Shown: positions 49,364 to 51,830 of the stretch, in pieces
Position numbering within the stretch: position 1 is the first letter of the stretch
How the letters are laid out: each line of letters opens with the position of its first letter
Assembly: GCA_018396975.1 (NCBI GenBank)
Contig: JAGTQA010000015.1
Coordinates: 1-51,830, forward strand
Source: Candidatus Bathyarchaeota archaeon
GTDB taxonomy: Archaea; Thermoproteota; Bathyarchaeia; Bathyarchaeales; DTEX01
Direction: 5' to 3'
Length of the DNA: 51,830 bases
Made by a program: the position numbers and the translations under genes
The notes under the pieces: generated by a model
What the model was told of the DNA's origin: nothing
The model's database searches: none
What the model saw: the letters and a program-made list of their open reading frames with translations, nothing else

Positions 49364-50207
49364 AATAGTTAAGGTCGGCGTATTAAAGGCTGGATGCATA
49401 GGATCGCTTCCATTAATAGAATTCCTTTTAGATGAGAGAGCTGATAGGGAAGATATTCAGGTTAAAGTTATCGGTTCAGGAGCTAAAGTTACCACTGAAC
49501 AATGCATAGAGAGCGCTGAACAAATTTTGAAGTATGATGTTGACCTAATAATCTTTATTGGTCCAGCGCAGACAACGCAAGGTCCCTCTGAGGCACGCAG
49601 AATTCTTAGAGTCTCTAATAAACCAGTAATAGTGGTATCAGATAGCCCTGCGAAAAGAATCATTAAGGAACTTGATGAATCTGGTTTTGGGTATATAATT
49701 GTTGAAGCTGATTCAATGATAGGTGCTAGGAGGGAGTTTCTCGATCCGGCTGAAATGGCCCTATACAATTCCGATATAATTAAGGTTTTAGCTGTAACTG
49801 GTGTCTTAAACCTCATTGTTAGTGAGATAGATAGAGTGATTGATGCGATTAAATCCGGCGGCGAGCTTAATCTGCCTAGACTTATAATTGATGGTAAGAG
49901 GGCTGTTGAGGCGGCTGGTTTCTCGAATCCTTATGCTAGGGCTAAGGCTATGGCAGCTTATGAGCTCGCTAAGCAGGTCTCCACATTAACCTTTGAGGCT
50001 TGCTTTAAAGTGCAGGAGCCAGAGACTTATATTCCGCTCGTTGCCGCAGCGCATGAAATTATGAGGACAGCGGCGAAACTTGCTGATGAGGCTAGAGAGA
50101 TTGAGAAGAAGAACGACTCTGTCCTTAGGAGACCGCACTTCAGGGACGGCTCCCGTGGAGAGAAGAGACTTCTAATGGAGAGACCTAGAAGACCTGTTAC
50201 TTCATGA
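49356..50207 (+). CDS. mtd: F420-dependent methylene-H4MPT dehydrogenase
   Basis: LLDERADREDI, GSGAK, DSMIGARREFLDPAEMA and GFSNPYARAKA motifs. Confidence 0.95.
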   Translation: MSKIVKVGVLKAGCIGSLPLIEFLLDERADREDIQVKVIGSGAKVTTEQCIESAEQILKYDVDLIIFIGPAQTTQGPSEARRILRVSNKPVIVVSDSPAKRIIKELDESGFGYIIVEADSMIGARREFLDPAEMALYNSDIIKVLAVTGVLNLIVSEIDRVIDAIKSGGELNLPRLIIDGKRAVEAAGFSNPYARAKAMAAYELAKQVSTLTFEACFKVQEPETYIPLVAAAHEIMRTAAKLADEAREIEKKNDSVLRRPHFRDGSRGEKRLLMERPRRPVTS

Positions 50208-50285
50208 GGGATGGACTTTAAGCCAGATAAACAGATATAAGCGAGATTCGTTCTGAGAAGAATAAAAAGGAATGGTGAGGGACTG

Positions 50286-50561
50286 ATGCCGGCAATAGAG
50301 ATCGGAAGGGTTTGTGTGAAGATTAGGGGCAGAGAGGCTGGAAAACGCTGTGTAATACTTGACATCATAGACAAGAACTTTGTGTTGGTAACCGGGCCAA
50401 AAAATGTTACGGGTGTTAGACGAAGACGCGCAAACATAAGCCACCTAAAGCCGACGGAAGATATCCTCAAGATAAGGAGGGGTGCATCAGATGAAGAAGT
50501 CTATAAGGCCTTAGTTGAGTCAGGAAAGCTTGAGGAGTATAGGCGAGAAGAAAAACTTTAA
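50286..50561 (+). CDS. rpl14e: Ribosomal protein eL14
   Basis: MPAIEIGRVCVKIRGREAG..VTGP...TGVRRRR motifs. Confidence 0.95.
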   Translation: MPAIEIGRVCVKIRGREAGKRCVILDIIDKNFVLVTGPKNVTGVRRRRANISHLKPTEDILKIRRGASDEEVYKALVESGKLEEYRREEKL

Positions 50562-50597
50562 GGTATTTAACTATCGATTATTGTTGAGGAGGATGAG

Positions 50598-51627
50598 ATG
50601 CAAGAGATTAAAGCCCCATGGAACATAAAACGGGAGCTACTGACAAAGTCCGAGGACGAAACGGATCCAAAGTATGGATATAAGCCCGAAGAACGTCCAT
50701 ATCCGGACATAATAAGGTTCGGCATAATAAACTTGGATAAGCCTCCAGGCCCCTCGAGCCACGAGGTTACAGCGTGGATTAAGCGCATACTTAGTATTAA
50801 TCATGCTGGTCACGGAGGGACCTTAGAGCCCATAGCAGTATCTTAAGGGCTATGGGCGTGGAAATCCCAAGGTGACCGGTATCCTACCTGTAGCCCTAGA
50901 GGAGGCAACAAAAGTTATACAGGCGCTGCTAAAGGCTGGTAAAGAGTATGTTGGCGTAATGAAACTCCACGGTGACGTGTCCGAGGAGCGGATTAAGGAG
51001 GTTTTCAGCGAGTTTAAGGGCAAGATTTATCAGAAACCCCCGCTCAGGGCATCTGTCAAGAGGGCTATACGCGTAAGGTCAATCTATTACCTAGATATGT
51101 TAGAGATTGATGGTAGAAATATCCTCTTTAAGGTTGGATGCGAGGCTGGAACATATATTAGGAAGCTTGTTCATGATATAGGTAAAGTTCTAGGCTGCGG
51201 CGCACACATGCATGAGCTCCGCAGAATTAGGGCTGGCCCCTTCATTGAGGACGAAAGCACGGTCACCCTACACGATGTACTATACCTCTACGAGAGGTGG
51301 CGTGAGACTGGCGACATAAGAATGCTTAGAAGGTTCATACTGCCAATGGAGAGGGCCCTTAACCTACTACCAAAGGTCTTTATTAGGGACTCCGCCGTGG
51401 ACGCTATATGCCACGGCGCGCACCTAACGGCCCCGGGCATAACTCATGTTGAGTCTGGAATAAATCCAACAGATACTGTCGCCATACTCACCCTTAAAGG
51501 TGAGGCAGTAGCATTGGGAACAGCTGTAGCCAGCACCGAAGAGATGCTCAAAGCCACGCATGGAATAATGGTTAAGACAGAGAGGGTCCTAATGCCAAGG
51601 GGGACATACCCAAAACTCTGGCGATAA
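50598..51627 (+). CDS. cbf5: tRNA/H-ACA pseudouridine synthase Cbf5, intron-containing: join(50598..50826,50864..51627), 330 aa
   Basis: [17 protein letters not shown] in exon 1. Removing 37 nt restores GTLDPKVTG. GTYIR and a PUA domain lie in exon 2. Confidence 0.93.
50827..50863 (+). other. BHB-type mRNA intron in cbf5 (37 nt)
   Basis: GGGA/TCCC outer helix, AG|A and AA|A 3-nt bulges, CCTT/GTGG central helix and a 9-bp GCCCATAGC/GCTATGGGC stem. Contains an in-frame TAA. Confidence 0.9.
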
Positions 51628-51674
51628 AAATCAAACAACTTAAATAGCCTAGAAAATTTTATAGAAGATTGAGA

Positions 51675-51830
51675 GCCGGGGTCTCCTAGAGCCCAATAAG
51701 AAAGAGGCGGGAAATCCGGTAGGGAGCAGATTACAACAAGCAAACGTAAGCTTAAGCCTGGAGACAGAAAAGCCGAATAGCCTGTGGCCCACTCTGGGCC
51801 GCGTGGGTTCAAATCCCACCCCCGGCGCCA
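51675..51830 (+). tRNA. tRNA-Ser (GGA) with three BHB introns: 51690-51714, 51730-51755, 51764-51778
   Basis: Spliced product: GCCGGGG acceptor, D-arm TCCT-AGTCCGGTA-GGGA, anticodon arm CAGGC-CTGGAGA-GCCTG, long variable arm GGCCCA/TGGGCC, GTGGG-TTCAAAT-CCCAC, G73 and CCA. Confidence 0.88.

Noticed and set aside
50598..51627. cbf5 as a frameshifted pseudogene or two separate genes
   Set aside because: A precise BHB intron at the known site restores the frame and the catalytic Asp.
51444..51812. 122-aa minus-strand ORF, and the 36..452 ORF at the left end
   Set aside because: Both overlap tRNA genes or real CDSs in antisense. Their similar N-termini (MNPG/MNPR) simply reflect the tRNA T-arm.

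Overview
Gene-dense archaeal chromosomal segment, most consistent with Bathyarchaeia (TACK). This placement is inferred from the co-occurrence of Smc-ScpAB, MtrH, Mtd, MetVF, a lysWXYZJK operon, eS8/eL14/SRP19/Gar1/TFB, an EF-2 paralog and an intron-containing cbf5. The window opens with tRNA-Gly(TCC) and ends exactly at the CCA of a tRNA-Ser(GGA). Most genes are housekeeping or metabolic. No CRISPR array, rRNA, integrase or intact transposase is visible. The least expected signals are: (1) an RNA-splicing hotspot at the right end, where cbf5 has a 37-nt bulge-helix-bulge (BHB) intron inside its catalytic Asp codon and is followed by a tRNA-Ser with three BHB introns, one resembling the cbf5 intron at both junctions; (2) a ~38-bp dispersed intergenic repeat in three copies; (3) unannotated microproteins, namely a 25-aa eukaryote-like eL41, a 41-aa Glu/Trp peptide with its own expression signals, and LysW; (4) non-canonical starts (CTG for lysJ, no standard start for lysW); (5) an EF-2 paralog lacking the diphthamide His, close to dph6 and a Cys-less GATase; (6) MFS-kinase and rhomboid-Hsp20 fusions. 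All calls come from reading the sequence; no database searches were run.
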